64,000 nt of DNA from an uncultured bacterium (GTDB lineage Bacteria; Patescibacteriota; Minisyncoccia; Phycocordibacterales; UBA11359), in contig CAIKZC010000010.1 of assembly GCA_903831815.1 (NCBI GenBank), positions 162,474-226,473 of the forward strand, in the 5' to 3' direction. Below, in pieces: positions 42,201 through 47,837 of this stretch. Within the stretch, counting starts at the first letter, position 1. Each line of letters starts with the position of its first letter. The notes beneath the pieces were generated by a model. The model did no database searches, was not told the DNA's origin, and saw nothing but the letters and a program-made list of their open reading frames with translations. Made by a program: the position numbers and the translations under genes.

Positions 42201-42817
42201 GTGCAACGCCAGGTCCGCTCGCGCAAGTAAAAATCGTCGGATTTAATAATTTAACAATTCCGAATATTACCACGGCTTTGCTCATAACCAACGAAGGGAC
42301 GACAACTTACGAATACTCGTACAATTGGTGTGTGACCGATTCAGAATCAAATTCATGTGGAGGTGGAGATGATGTCTTTAATTCGACGGATTTAAAAAGG
42401 ATTGATCCGAAACAAGATTATAATACAGTTTTGGCTTCCATTGTGCCATCAGCCGGTAATTATTGGTTGCACGTAAAAGTAAAATACGGTTCGGAATATT
42501 CTGAAGCCATCCAGTCATTTAAGGCCGTTTCAGCATCGGTTCCACCTTCTGGAGGGGGTGGTGGAGGCGGCGGGGGAGGCGGCGGCAGCGTAGCCGCAGT
42601 TGACACTACTCTAAACACTGCTTGCGTTGGCGCCGATTTTAACTGTGACAGTAAAGTCAATTCGGTTGACTTCTCTATAATGTTGGCTTTTTGGAAAACT
42701 GCATTTCCGTTTAAAAATTCTCACGTTGATATTAACGGCGACAAGCAAGTCAATTCCGTGGACTTTTCGATCTTGCTCTATCAATGGGGCAAAAAGCCGA
42801 TTTTATTCAAAAAATAA
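27233..42817 (+). CDS. Giant (5194-aa) secreted cell-surface protein: N-terminal signal/TM, acidic Ser/Thr-rich stalk, ~40 Gly-rich GLUG-like repeats, 13 fibronectin type III domains, beta-sandwich domain, (Gly)12 linker, C-terminal dockerin
   Basis: Uninterrupted 15.6-kb ORF. Recurrent units ...YAGGLVGxNxGxIxNSYATGN... are embedded in GGxGG tracts. 13 tandem ~90-aa repeats end ...YTFTVTATNxVGTSSPS. Two dockerin Ca-loops (DFNCDSKVNSVD and DINGDKQVNSVD) are present. Confidence 0.9.
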   Translation: MFVRFFHISKPVLISVSLFLICILPLKSLADDNIVVTDVSTSISDTSLISDIVESESISDVVTPTTIDTNPAEISTSTSTDTDTENDIATSTATSVTSSENSSTTTEATSTDSNVVVSTSTPNISEQLTSTGKLVTVSATDEQEAITPMINVPVRVAISEIFKVGQENKIKIKWQNNDGQDMQFTAIDEDGNGYIDHVEWIVPHLSTQTFDLIYISDALLLDTNKNPIEDIFDIVGTQDQNYKTINDGQYVRMTFETKLNNTRYISVFGKPHDASQSSSIEVYPVYTDAQGNTTEGNPIQTTFQIDHDGEYQIYLTDLQTPTDVFDLRAVGNIDIDYIVDTIGPPLNAFWVGGTGRWYADAAAHWATSTNGLTSAGNLPGPNTNVTFDSNSGSASSVVTIDATTSPINITSLTISTYTGTITQSASLIISGSYSQASAATFTSPNPASSTLSVGGNFSVTAGTFRRYTGMGITTDPFVIYDVYGLQGMKTGLSNSYKLYGDIDATNTALWNTIGSTTTGFVPVGTNTTSFNGNFDGAGYTIRNLYINSTTTNYVGLFGYATSTIQNVNLSNISITATSTFGTIGGNGNPGNASTSPTAGGTGSVGGVGANLYIGGLVGFGAGFISNVNVSGIISGFGGAGGKAGDGGKGGNTTSGATTAGAGGATVSDAVAIGGTVYIGGLVGYYQVGDITNANSTVSVIGIGGAGGAGGKSGDGGTNLGTGIGGAGGATVGVAGAGGAIYAGGLAGWVNAGSIITSSATGNVTATGGVGGTAGGAGVGGAGGGAAIGGNGGAGGTGGAGGASYAGGLVGYNFGNIEDGSFATGIVQSYGGISGAGTIGGYGGASATSTSGTAASGGNGGTGGAGAIAYAGGLVGQNAVGGIITGSTSPIYATGTTTAVGSAGKDGQNGGAGGDGSKGTAHTGGLGGNGVAGSIGGGAYAGGLVGLNSGIIISSNSNTGLVTVTGGAGGAGGTGGSGGLKGTSGTSGTGGTTGNGGSANSTSAYGGGLVGSNTGIIQNSSAQNSVSGLGGSGGKGGDGVAALTGFAGGVGATGGAGGILYIGGIAGGNTYLISSSSYLNGSVSGTAGAGGSAGVGGAGGNWAGGLAGTAGTATVGAAIYAGGAIGRNDYLVISNVYATGNVAGTSGAGGAGAKGGDGGTSLNGVVGSAGASGGVSYIGGLIGYHNNGEILNSWATGSVIANVGVAGNGGGGGNGGTGAASTVGGIGNTAGNGGAGGNAFGGGLVGVTNLGTITNSYATGSTTVTAGAGGVGGLGGTGGAGGSNAIGGAGGAGGAGGTGGAAYAGGLVGQNNAIIQSNSWASGSATSTGGIAGDAGAGGAGGTTTASTVNSGVAAAGASGGTGGTGGAAYAGGLVGNNTNTITDSYAIGGIIVAISTPGKNGGLSGVAGNGSAGGSSHTGAVGATGAAGGGGALAYAGGLVGQNSSTITNSHSDQGIAKATGNAAGNGADGGAGGVGGTGGNGGVGGVGGIGGAAVSIFAGGLVGYNVAGIIQSNSHSSDDAIVVGQGAGNAGNGGAGGTAAAGGVGGFYSAGGPGGAGGLVGSNTGIIDSSYATGNSTSTGGLGSSYGTGGNGGSGSTGATGGTFTLTSSPARTGGYAAVGGLVGLNNANGAIQGICYANGNAVGIGGNGGFASSSPNGGNSTGAVAGAAGIAGGAGGAGGGAYAGGLVGYNLSVISTSSYATGNASSTGGTGGAGGNGGNGGYGGSAGVAGVNAGNGGAGGTAYSGGIIGLNGTIGSSVITNEGTIGNANSTGIITAYGGTGNTGGSGGNGGNATSTAAYIGGGGGTGGTGGAGGTSAVGGAAGYSVGYVKDISYTVLGSNLNSLGGAAGNGGGGGYAGASGNISAGVGATAGNGGIGGAGGNTLLGGLVGYNDGYIINSNIHINGNLSASGRIGGNGGTGGNGGDATNGVGGHSGGVAGTGGTGGAGGTVGIGGLVGLANGIITNSHSDGDMIVVLAGGNGGIGGNGGIGGLSSTTMATAKNGTGGAGGTGGAAGYVYAGGLIGYNNTADTYFDNIYSNNNVIANGGVGGNGGSAATSTVGANGNTGGAGGIPNYLSAGGLIGSITAAGLSLTNSYATGNVNATAFAGGQGIIGSIGGNGTTTMLGGGGGIGGAGGTGGGVMGGGLVGYISGGMVYIGTSTYATGDVNITAGAAGAGGQGGDGGVGNGAPGGLGGTGGAGGTGGAAYGGGLIGYITSGEVIGAHANGNVVANGNRGGDSGNGGKGGDGGVGTVGGVGGTGTVGATGGAAYAGGLVGTNAGATIQNSYCITGLVTGIGGNAGNGGIGGNAGVTGNLTASTTAAGGVGGNGGVGGGTGVGGLVGYNTSVKAIINNSYATVNATTTGGTGGTGGAGGNGGDGSANGSTALTGGVGGVGGNGGAGGGAGGNAVQIGGLVGLNTLGTINNSFAQFGTMTAFGGLGGTSTIGGFGGVGTTTGLNGIAGIGGTGGAGGAIYAGGLVGYTTGVVQNSFSKTTLNITGGSGRDGTVGRDGVANRGSAGSGGGAGGASGLIYAGGLVGFTTSDIISSYASYDSGSGAGNISVTGGTPGNGAKGGDGGLGLTNGGPGGNGAVAGGGKGGDAGGAFVGGLLGYSSAAGIVSSSSADTITILGNEQKGGKGGDGGKGGNGTVNFIGGLGGIAGAGGAGGIRGYGGLVGDNLGVIQNSSSSISILLYGGNGGDGGIGGAGGASGPTTSSSTAATGGAGGAGGAGAATYGGGLIGRTAGTFQISDSFALGDVNIFGGTGGVGGTGGDGGDGSTGTSTHVGSVGALGGAAGVGGAAYSGGLVGFNNSSTGVANFFNDFAIGDAFATGGNAGSAGTSGKGGASRITQNGGAGGGAVTAVAGGAAYAGGLIGYNLITTGISDILNSYAAGIASSTGGIGSLGSNGGNGTSAVATSTGGVGGAGGAGGAGGAGGEADAGGLVGYSSVTTGGNNYFNTYSTSIIVSALGGKSGNGGSAGRSGTGGVGAAGGNTGASGASGNGGAAYAGGLIGNTSSSANNDLDIDTSYSTANAYATGGASGDGAPGVVGGTGGTTSKGGLGGNGGGTGNGGVSAAGGLVASSTAIIEDGSYATGNASSTGGVVGIAGIGGAGGPTGTSTNGGTAATGGNGGIAGNAGAAYAGGLVASNSSIGIILNSYSTGSVNAVSQNGGDGGNGGTGGDGSNGISGHSGGLGGNGGASGAGGTVYAGGFVGNNVNSANIISTCNSTGLTVTGVAGNGGTGGKGGGGGVPGIVSGLNGGAGGLGATSITGGSLYLGGFVGYNDGIILNSYSISNATGTAGTGGTGGAGGNGVKGYTGTGGTGGAGGLAGVAGAGGIAYGGGFAGYNNTNRLIRDSYSTGTLTITGGNGGTGGVGGSGGNGGNGNSGWPGGTGGNAATSTAGIIGGITYGGGLIGLNYGGTIVSDYSLGTVIVRGSNGGASGAGGKGGDGGDSTSAGYSGGNGGIAGATVSAGNAGDVYAGGLIGAFNFVGALIQSSWSSGNVYAFGGNGGLADLAGVAGTGGVGGAGAAGGNGGASTGGATGGSGGSTNAGGLVGLGYGGNASYATGNVVAIGGNGAYGATGGKGGNGGKGGSGTGGNGGNGNTGGIGGAAGKGGDVNAGGFIGFDSSNPSNIYSLGNISSTAGLAGIGGNGGAGGNAGAAGSASSTAGVNGNGGNGGDGKANGTNYAGGLVGFVFGGYTITNSYSRGTVFASTTITGSVGGSVGAAGTGGSGGSSGSLTGATGGSASSVVGGMAGYGSGTFFYTSYWDTNTSGTTTATGNGSSSGMNGTTTANMMKKATFSGWDFTSLVWNIAEASTYPYFDYQTVPVAPTNVVAVRGDRSATITFTPPANTGSAILYYTATSNDARVATSSTASITFTGLTNGAYYTFTVTATNMIGTSSPSATSNSVKPAAVPAAPTITSITGGIGSATITFSTTTSNGSDILYYTITSTDGLHTITSGNSPVTIGGLTNGATYMFTVTATNDVGTSSISGTSDPVTPARAPDAPSIISVTRGDGNVTVTFSTTTFNGGSNILYYTVTSNDGHTAVGGDSPLTVLYLNDGTPYTFTVTATNNVGTSSPSATSDSITPARVPDAPSIISVTRGDGNVTITFSTTTYNGGSNISYYSITSSDGQITTGGTSPIIFRNLNNGTPYTFTITATNDVGTSTSVGVSDTVIPARVPDATIIGSATRGVNEATINFSTTTYNGGLSILYYTVTTNDGLISVSGGTSPLTIKGLTNGVNYTFTVTATNAVGTSSASFASNGVTPADVPAAPTITSIFGGINRATITFSTTTSNGSTILYYTVTSNDGLHTITSGNSPVTFNDLTNGTTYTFTVTATNGVGTSSSSSVSDPIMPAGVPDAPINVFATRDDGKALITFTKQNDNGSTTLYYTATSNDGSKFGTSTSNSILVTGLANGTIYFFTVTATNGVGTSSISTASNFVIPATTPNSPLIGSVIRGNGEATINFSYPNDNGSTILYYTVTSNDGLHIATGGASPLVVTGLTNGATYTFTVTATNDVGTSSPSGTSDSVTPATTASAPTNITATGGTHEATIYFTPTLPANNGGSNIIHYTVTSNDGLHSATGGTSPITVFGLTDGVTYTFTVTATNDVGTSSPSATSNSVVPADVPDAPTYVNAIGGNGEATITFTYPNNNGSVITYYTVTSNDGLHTATGGASPITITGLSNNTTYTFTVTATNAAGTSTPSGTSNSVVPSAVPDAPSNVVAVRGRGEATISFTYPNNNGSIITYYTVTSNDGQTATGGTSPITVKGLTNGLNYTFTVTATNANGTSSASISSDAVMPATYPNAPGNLAATLGNGSANLTWSAPFNGGSAITLYTVTSNTGGHTATTTGTSVTVYGLTNGMPYTFTVTASNDMGMSTSSNTSNSVIPANVPGAPGNLTTLVLDSSISLSWSAPTSTGGSDVTDYIVQYKLTNNGTWSAFDDGVGTNLVTTVTNLSNNSSYDFRILAKNAAGQSFPSNIASATPGPLAQVKIVGFNNLTIPNITTALLITNEGTTTYEYSYNWCVTDSESNSCGGGDDVFNSTDLKRIDPKQDYNTVLASIVPSAGNYWLHVKVKYGSEYSEAIQSFKAVSASVPPSGGGGGGGGGGGGSVAAVDTTLNTACVGADFNCDSKVNSVDFSIMLAFWKTAFPFKNSHVDINGDKQVNSVDFSILLYQWGKKPILFKK
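28900..38550 (+). repeat. Degenerate tandem coding repeats (Gly-rich GLUG-like units) inside the giant gene
   Basis: GGN-rich codon repeats. Antisense frames give spurious Pro-rich ORFs. Confidence 0.7.
38717..42217 (+). repeat. Array of 13 tandem ~270-290-nt FN3-domain coding repeats inside the giant gene
   Basis: Repeated protein pattern: PxAPxxxxAxxGxxxATIxFxxPxxNGGSxIxxYTVTSNDGxxxxTGGxSPxTxxGLTNGxxYTFTVTATN. Confidence 0.8.
42551..42586 (+). repeat. GGN codon tract encoding (Gly)12 linker
   Basis: ggagggggtggtggaggcggcgggggaggcggcggc. Confidence 0.8.
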
Positions 42818-42823
42818 TTACCT

Positions 42824-43702
42824 ATGAACAGACCTAAAATATTAACGCTATACTTTGCCGTCGGATTCGTAGGATTATTTCTGTTTTTTGCTCCGCAAAA
42901 TTTGTTTGCAGCACAATTAATTTTAAAAAATGTTACAAATACCGTGGCCGGGGACGGAACAACGATCATTGAAGCCCGCATTGACCCACAATCGGAAAGG
43001 TTGAATGTCGTTGAAGGTGCGATTAATTTTCAGGGAGCCATTACTGACAAACTTTCGGTCGCAGTTGAAACGGGTGGATCAGTCTTAACAATTTGGCCGA
43101 CAGTGCCAAAATTTCTTTCAAATGAAAAGAGTATTCGTTTTGTTGGCGGTGTTCCTGGAGGTTTTGATCATGAAGGATTACTTTTTCGCATTCGACTTTT
43201 TGCGACCGTATCGGGCGATATCACAATCTCATTGCCCCAAGGTGCTGTTTATTTAAATGACGGAAAAGGAACTAAAGAACCCGTTTCTGTGCAATCTGTA
43301 ATTTTGCATCTTGATAAGCAAGATCCAAACACGATTAGTACATCATCGCCGGATAATATTCCGCCGTATTTTGATTCGGTTGAAATTGGGCAAGACCCTA
43401 ACAGTTATGACGGTAAGTCTTTTGTCAGTTTTCATGCGACTGATGATATTTCCGGTGTCGCACGATATGAGGTTACCGAAGGATCATCAACAACGGAAAT
43501 TACAGACGGTGTTTATGTGTTTAAAGATCAGGATCGCAAGGTTCCCGTGCTTATTACCGCTTATGATCAGGTTGGCAACAGTCAGACAACGGAAATTCCT
43601 GCTAGATTTAATAAGACAAAAGATGTTATACTGGTATTAATATTCGTTGTCATTTTATTAGCTGTTCTTCTTTATGGATTTAAAAAGATTATTAAAAAAT
43701 AA
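42824..43702 (+). CDS. Membrane-anchored cohesin-like domain protein (second instance)
   Basis: Signal peptide; beta domain ...TIIEARIDPQSERLNVVEGAINFQG...IRFVGGVPGG...AVYLNDGKGT; C-terminal TM VILVLIFVVILLAVLLYGF. It starts 7 nt after the stop of the dockerin-bearing giant gene. Confidence 0.45.
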   Translation: MNRPKILTLYFAVGFVGLFLFFAPQNLFAAQLILKNVTNTVAGDGTTIIEARIDPQSERLNVVEGAINFQGAITDKLSVAVETGGSVLTIWPTVPKFLSNEKSIRFVGGVPGGFDHEGLLFRIRLFATVSGDITISLPQGAVYLNDGKGTKEPVSVQSVILHLDKQDPNTISTSSPDNIPPYFDSVEIGQDPNSYDGKSFVSFHATDDISGVARYEVTEGSSTTEITDGVYVFKDQDRKVPVLITAYDQVGNSQTTEIPARFNKTKDVILVLIFVVILLAVLLYGFKKIIKK

Positions 43703-45386
43703 ATTAGCATACGGCATCGCTGTATTTGCGGTTAGTTTATTCTTTTTTGGTTGCCAAATTGCCAGTGCCGCAACAATGCAGATCAATTCCGGTTCTGCAA
43801 CTCTATCGCCTGGTGATACGGCGACATTATATGTTGTGTTAAATTCCGAAGGGGTTGCCATAAATAATGCCGAAGCTACCATAAAATTTCCGACCAATTT
43901 GTTTAGTGTTGTTTCGATAAATAAAGCCAATTCAATCTTTTCCTTGTGGGTGGAAGACCCGAGTTTTTCGAATTCTTCCGGGGTGATCAATTTTGATGGC
44001 GGTGTGCCAACACCCGGTTTTAATGGTACTCAAGGTCCGGTCATTGCGATTGTTGTAAGAGCCAAAGCTGTAGGTCAGGCTAATTTTTCTTTTACCAATG
44101 CGGCCGTTCGAGCCAATGATGGATTAGGGACTGATGTTTTGAGCAATAAGCAGGGGAAGACGCTAAATGTTGTGGAAGTAGCCCAGCCGGCGGATGTTGT
44201 GGCACCGACACCAACGGTGACTACTTCAAATCTCGCTTTGCAAATATCTTCTTTGACTCATCCAAATCAAGATCAGTGGTATAGGGATAATAATCCAATA
44301 TTCCAGTGGACTGTGCCGGATGGTTCGGATACAGTTAAGACAACCGTCGACAACAATACTTCGGGCACGCCTCATGTATCTTACAGTCCGGCGATTAGCA
44401 AAAAAGCGGTCAAAGATTTGGCTGATGGCGTTTGGTATTTTAAAGTTCGCGCTCACAAGGGCGATGTTTGGGGACCAATCAGCACTTATATAGTTAGAGT
44501 CGATAATACGTCTCCGGAAAAAGGCAACGTTGTCTTTTCTTATAACGATAACAGCAAGATCTTAAATATTAGTAGTGATATTCAGGATGTCACGTCCGGA
44601 ATCGATCATTATGAAATTTACATTAATGACGTATTGATTAAAACTGTTCCCGCAATAGAATTTGTTAACGGAAATTATAGTTTAGCTTTTAATGCATCTG
44701 GAGACAGTACGGTAAAATTGGTGGCAATCGACCGTGCTGGCAATAGTCTTGAAACGTTAGGATCATTCAGTGCTTCCTCTACGGCTACGCTGTCACTGCA
44801 ATCGATTCCGTCATCGGTGTCTGTCGATGAACAGTTGCTAATTCGCGGCTTGAGTCAAAATCCGAACACTGATGTAACCGTCAATGTTAAAAATGATAAT
44901 AATGAACCAATTGTATTACAGACGAAATCAAATTCCGATTCCAGTTTCTTTGTTCTGACACCAAAATTAAAATCCGGCGATTATAATATTTGGGCAGAAA
45001 CAGGTTCCGGAGACAATAAAGTTTCATCTCAACATATTTTCACGAAGACAACATCGCAGATGTTGGTTACCATAGGATCGTTCACTATAACCATGTTTAA
45101 TTTTGTTATGGTAATTCTCTTGGTTGCACTAATTTTGATTGTAGGCGCGTATATCTTAGGACGTCGTAACAGTAGGTATTCGCGAAGTCTGAATATTCGC
45201 AAAGCGTTACTCAAAGGGGACGATTCCAAAATACTTATAATGCTGAAAAAACGTCTCGAAAAACATTTGGAAATTATTCAGCATACCCGACACAACAGAG
45301 TTCTAACTAAAGAAGAAAAAGAAATCAAAGAAGCTATAGAAGGCGATTTGGACGAAGTCGATAAAGCTATGTCAGGTCAAAAATAA
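43674..45386 (+). CDS. Membrane-anchored cohesin-like + Ig-like domain protein (third instance)
   Basis: Signal peptide; cohesin-like domain ...ATLYVVLNSEGVAINNAEATIKFP...INFDGGVPTPGFNG...AAVRANDGLGT; further beta domains; C-terminal TM MVILLVALILIVGAYILG plus cytoplasmic tail. Confidence 0.45.
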   Translation: MDLKRLLKNKLAYGIAVFAVSLFFFGCQIASAATMQINSGSATLSPGDTATLYVVLNSEGVAINNAEATIKFPTNLFSVVSINKANSIFSLWVEDPSFSNSSGVINFDGGVPTPGFNGTQGPVIAIVVRAKAVGQANFSFTNAAVRANDGLGTDVLSNKQGKTLNVVEVAQPADVVAPTPTVTTSNLALQISSLTHPNQDQWYRDNNPIFQWTVPDGSDTVKTTVDNNTSGTPHVSYSPAISKKAVKDLADGVWYFKVRAHKGDVWGPISTYIVRVDNTSPEKGNVVFSYNDNSKILNISSDIQDVTSGIDHYEIYINDVLIKTVPAIEFVNGNYSLAFNASGDSTVKLVAIDRAGNSLETLGSFSASSTATLSLQSIPSSVSVDEQLLIRGLSQNPNTDVTVNVKNDNNEPIVLQTKSNSDSSFFVLTPKLKSGDYNIWAETGSGDNKVSSQHIFTKTTSQMLVTIGSFTITMFNFVMVILLVALILIVGAYILGRRNSRYSRSLNIRKALLKGDDSKILIMLKKRLEKHLEIIQHTRHNRVLTKEEKEIKEAIEGDLDEVDKAMSGQK

Positions 45387-45427
45387 TCTCGTTTTACTTT
45401 TAGTCGATTTTTCGCTATCTTTACAAG

Positions 45428-46525
45428 ATGTCATTATCCATTGGAATTGTCGGACTCCCAAACGTCGGTAAATCGACGCTTTTTAACGCACTGACACGCA
45501 AAAGCGTGCTGGCGGCTAACTATCCTTTTGCCACCATTGACCCGTCTGTGGGCGTTGTGGCCGTGCCTGATGAGCGTTTGTGGAAACTTAGCACTTTTTC
45601 CAAGTCGGCTAAAACTATTCCGGCCGCAATCGAGTTCGTGGATATTGCCGGTCTTGTTAAAGGTGCCTCGGAAGGCGAGGGACTTGGTAATCAATTTTTG
45701 ACCAACATTCGCGAGACTGACGCTATTGCGCAAGTTGTGCGTATTTTTGAAGATGAAAATATTATTCATGTCACCAACAAGATTGATCCTCTTGGTGACA
45801 TTGAAACGATTAACCTCGAGCTCATAATGGCTGATTTACAGACTGTCACCAAGCGTTTGCAAAATGTGGGACGCGATGTGAAGCGGGGCGATAAAACGGC
45901 AGTGATCGAGAATGATTTGCTGACGCGAGTAGATACTGCTTTGAAAGCCGGAAAACTGGCTTCAACTATTGTGCCGAACGAATTTGAATTACCGCTTTTG
46001 AAATCTTTGCATTTACTGACCTCAAAACCGATTTTGTATGTGCTCAACAAAAAAGCCGGTGGTAAAAATTTGGATCAAGTAAAAGATGAACGCTGGACCA
46101 AACTCATGCAATTTATGAAAGAAACCAATTCTTCATATGTTGTTGTGGATGCGCGAATTGAGGAAGAATTAAAGGATTTGGAATCGGCCGACAAAGTGGC
46201 TTTTCGGGCGGAGCTTGGCGGAGATGATGATGGCGTAAACAGTTTGATCCGCACCAGTTACGATATGCTCGGTTTGATCATGTATTTTACGACAGGGGAG
46301 GACGAGACTCGAGCTTGGACTATTCATCGCGGTTGGACTGCCCCGGAGGCAGGCACGGCTATTCACGGTGACTTTAAGGAAAAATTTGTGCGCGCCGAAG
46401 TCATTGAGTGGGATAAACTGCTCGGTGCCGGCTCCTACGTCGCCGCTCGCGACCGCGGTCTCGTCCGTACCGAAGGTAAGGAATACATCGTCAAAGACGG
46501 TGATGTGATTGAGTTTAAGATTTAG
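45428..46525 (+). CDS. ychF: Ribosome-binding ATPase YchF (Obg-family GTPase fold) with C-terminal TGS domain
   Basis: IGIVGLPNVGKSTLFNALT P-loop, ...NYPFATIDP..., TGS-like C-terminus; 365 aa. Confidence 0.9.
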   Translation: MSLSIGIVGLPNVGKSTLFNALTRKSVLAANYPFATIDPSVGVVAVPDERLWKLSTFSKSAKTIPAAIEFVDIAGLVKGASEGEGLGNQFLTNIRETDAIAQVVRIFEDENIIHVTNKIDPLGDIETINLELIMADLQTVTKRLQNVGRDVKRGDKTAVIENDLLTRVDTALKAGKLASTIVPNEFELPLLKSLHLLTSKPILYVLNKKAGGKNLDQVKDERWTKLMQFMKETNSSYVVVDARIEEELKDLESADKVAFRAELGGDDDGVNSLIRTSYDMLGLIMYFTTGEDETRAWTIHRGWTAPEAGTAIHGDFKEKFVRAEVIEWDKLLGAGSYVAARDRGLVRTEGKEYIVKDGDVIEFKI

Positions 46526-46529
46526 ACAC

Positions 46530-46558
46530 TTGACGACAATTAAGAAAAATGCTATTAT
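46530..46558 (+). promoter_or_regulatory. Near-consensus sigma70-like promoter TTGACG-N17-TATTAT for the GC-rich small ORF
   Basis: cTTGACGacaattaagaaaaatgcTATTATac. Confidence 0.5.
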
Positions 46559-46631
46559 ACGGTTAGTGAGTTGTAGTCGTATCCTTTAGATCTTTTTAGT
46601 GTCTTTGCCTATACGGTAGAAGGGAAAAATT

Positions 46632-46889
46632 ATGTTAGCTACCAGTCATGGTCCAAGTCCGCTTAGGGACTTGTGGGTTAGGGCACCCGGAGATCAGGGT
46701 GCCTACTACGAGAATAGGGAAACCCTCGGAGTGCGAAGCCTCTTTCATTGGCATTGCGGAAGCATGATGAATCGGGTCGTTGAGTTCCAGCGGGATGACA
46801 CTGGCGCGATTATCAGCCGGAAATGCAATAGTTGGATTTGCCCCGTCTGCAAGGTTCGGTATTATCGCACCGATCAGTATTGCGAATAG
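46632..46889 (+). CDS. Hypothetical small Cys/His-rich protein (HWHC...CNSWICPVC; zinc-binding-like), GC-rich cassette
   Basis: 85-aa ORF with RBS GAAGGG, a promoter upstream and a terminator downstream; ~52% GC. Confidence 0.45.
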   Translation: MLATSHGPSPLRDLWVRAPGDQGAYYENRETLGVRSLFHWHCGSMMNRVVEFQRDDTGAIISRKCNSWICPVCKVRYYRTDQYCE

Positions 46890-46918
46890 TGGTGAAATAT
46901 CCGCTACGGGATAAATGG

Positions 46919-46957
46919 CCCCATCAATCAGTGAAAGCTGGCGGATGGGGTTTTTGT
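46919..46957 (+). terminator. Rho-independent terminator (CCCCATC...GATGGGG + TTTTTGTTTT)
   Basis: ccccatcaatcagtgaaagctggcggatggggtttttgtttt. Confidence 0.65.
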
Positions 46958-47281
46958 TTTGTGCTATTTTCTAAAAGTTTAAATTTAAAAAAAAGACGCC
47001 ATCGACACATTGCTCCTGCAATGCAACGTGACGTCTCTGGTTCGCCATGGTGGTCACATAGACCCCATGGCTAGGAAGTGGACAGGTAGCGCATGGATCC
47101 TCCTTTCCGGAACATGGACCAATGGTGTCCGAAGGTGCAAGAGCAACTCAAGCACTTTACTTATTCCGCTTAATAAATTAACATAATATTTTTGAAAATG
47201 AAAGTTGTTAAGGAGTTTCATTTATAGGCTTTTTTGTGTTATAATACAGCGATTATCAACTAGTCGTAGTTTTTATTTACT

Positions 47282-47836
47282 ATGAAGAAAAATCTACCCC
47301 TTATAATTGGTTTGGCGATACCGGTTCTCATGATCATTGTTGTCGTTATCGCGGTTTATGTACCAAACATGTTTGCTCATCCGACATACGGTTTTGTTTT
47401 TTCCGTTGGTGATTATCCATATAACTACGGCAAACATTATTCCGTTGTTAACGGTGTTATCGTGGAAACGAATACTCCTAATCCGATAGTAAAGACACAG
47501 AACGGTGTTACTTATCCTGAAAATACAACTCCGGTAAATCTGTTCGTTTACGATCCGATAACAGACAATGTGCGCCAAATCACCTTAGCCGACGCCCAGA
47601 AATTAAAGGTTGATATTTCTCCAAAATCTCCCGATGGATATGTGTTGGATCGAGGTAATAATAATGTCGGTATTTTTGAAATTTTTGGTTCCAATCGAGA
47701 TTACAATGCCTGGTATTTGAGAAAAGGCGTAGTCAGCAAAAGAATATATTTAACCGCTCTTGATAATAGTTATTATTACAATAATTATAGTCAATTTTTG
47801 GGTTGGATAATTAATGGAGGCGTTAACAGTAAATAA
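47282..47836 (+). CDS. Hypothetical N-terminally anchored (TM/signal) protein
   Basis: N-terminal TM LIIGLAIPVLMIIVVVIAVYV, then a Tyr/Asn-rich extracytoplasmic domain. Confidence 0.55.
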   Translation: MKKNLPLIIGLAIPVLMIIVVVIAVYVPNMFAHPTYGFVFSVGDYPYNYGKHYSVVNGVIVETNTPNPIVKTQNGVTYPENTTPVNLFVYDPITDNVRQITLADAQKLKVDISPKSPDGYVLDRGNNNVGIFEIFGSNRDYNAWYLRKGVVSKRIYLTALDNSYYYNNYSQFLGWIINGGVNSK

Positions 47837-47837
47837 T

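Noticed and set aside
46832-47074. 80-aa ORF downstream of the 85-aa GC-rich gene
   Set aside because: It spans the Rho-independent terminator at 46919-46957 and an A/T-rich tract, and has no RBS. It is more likely non-coding, possibly part of a structured 3' region.
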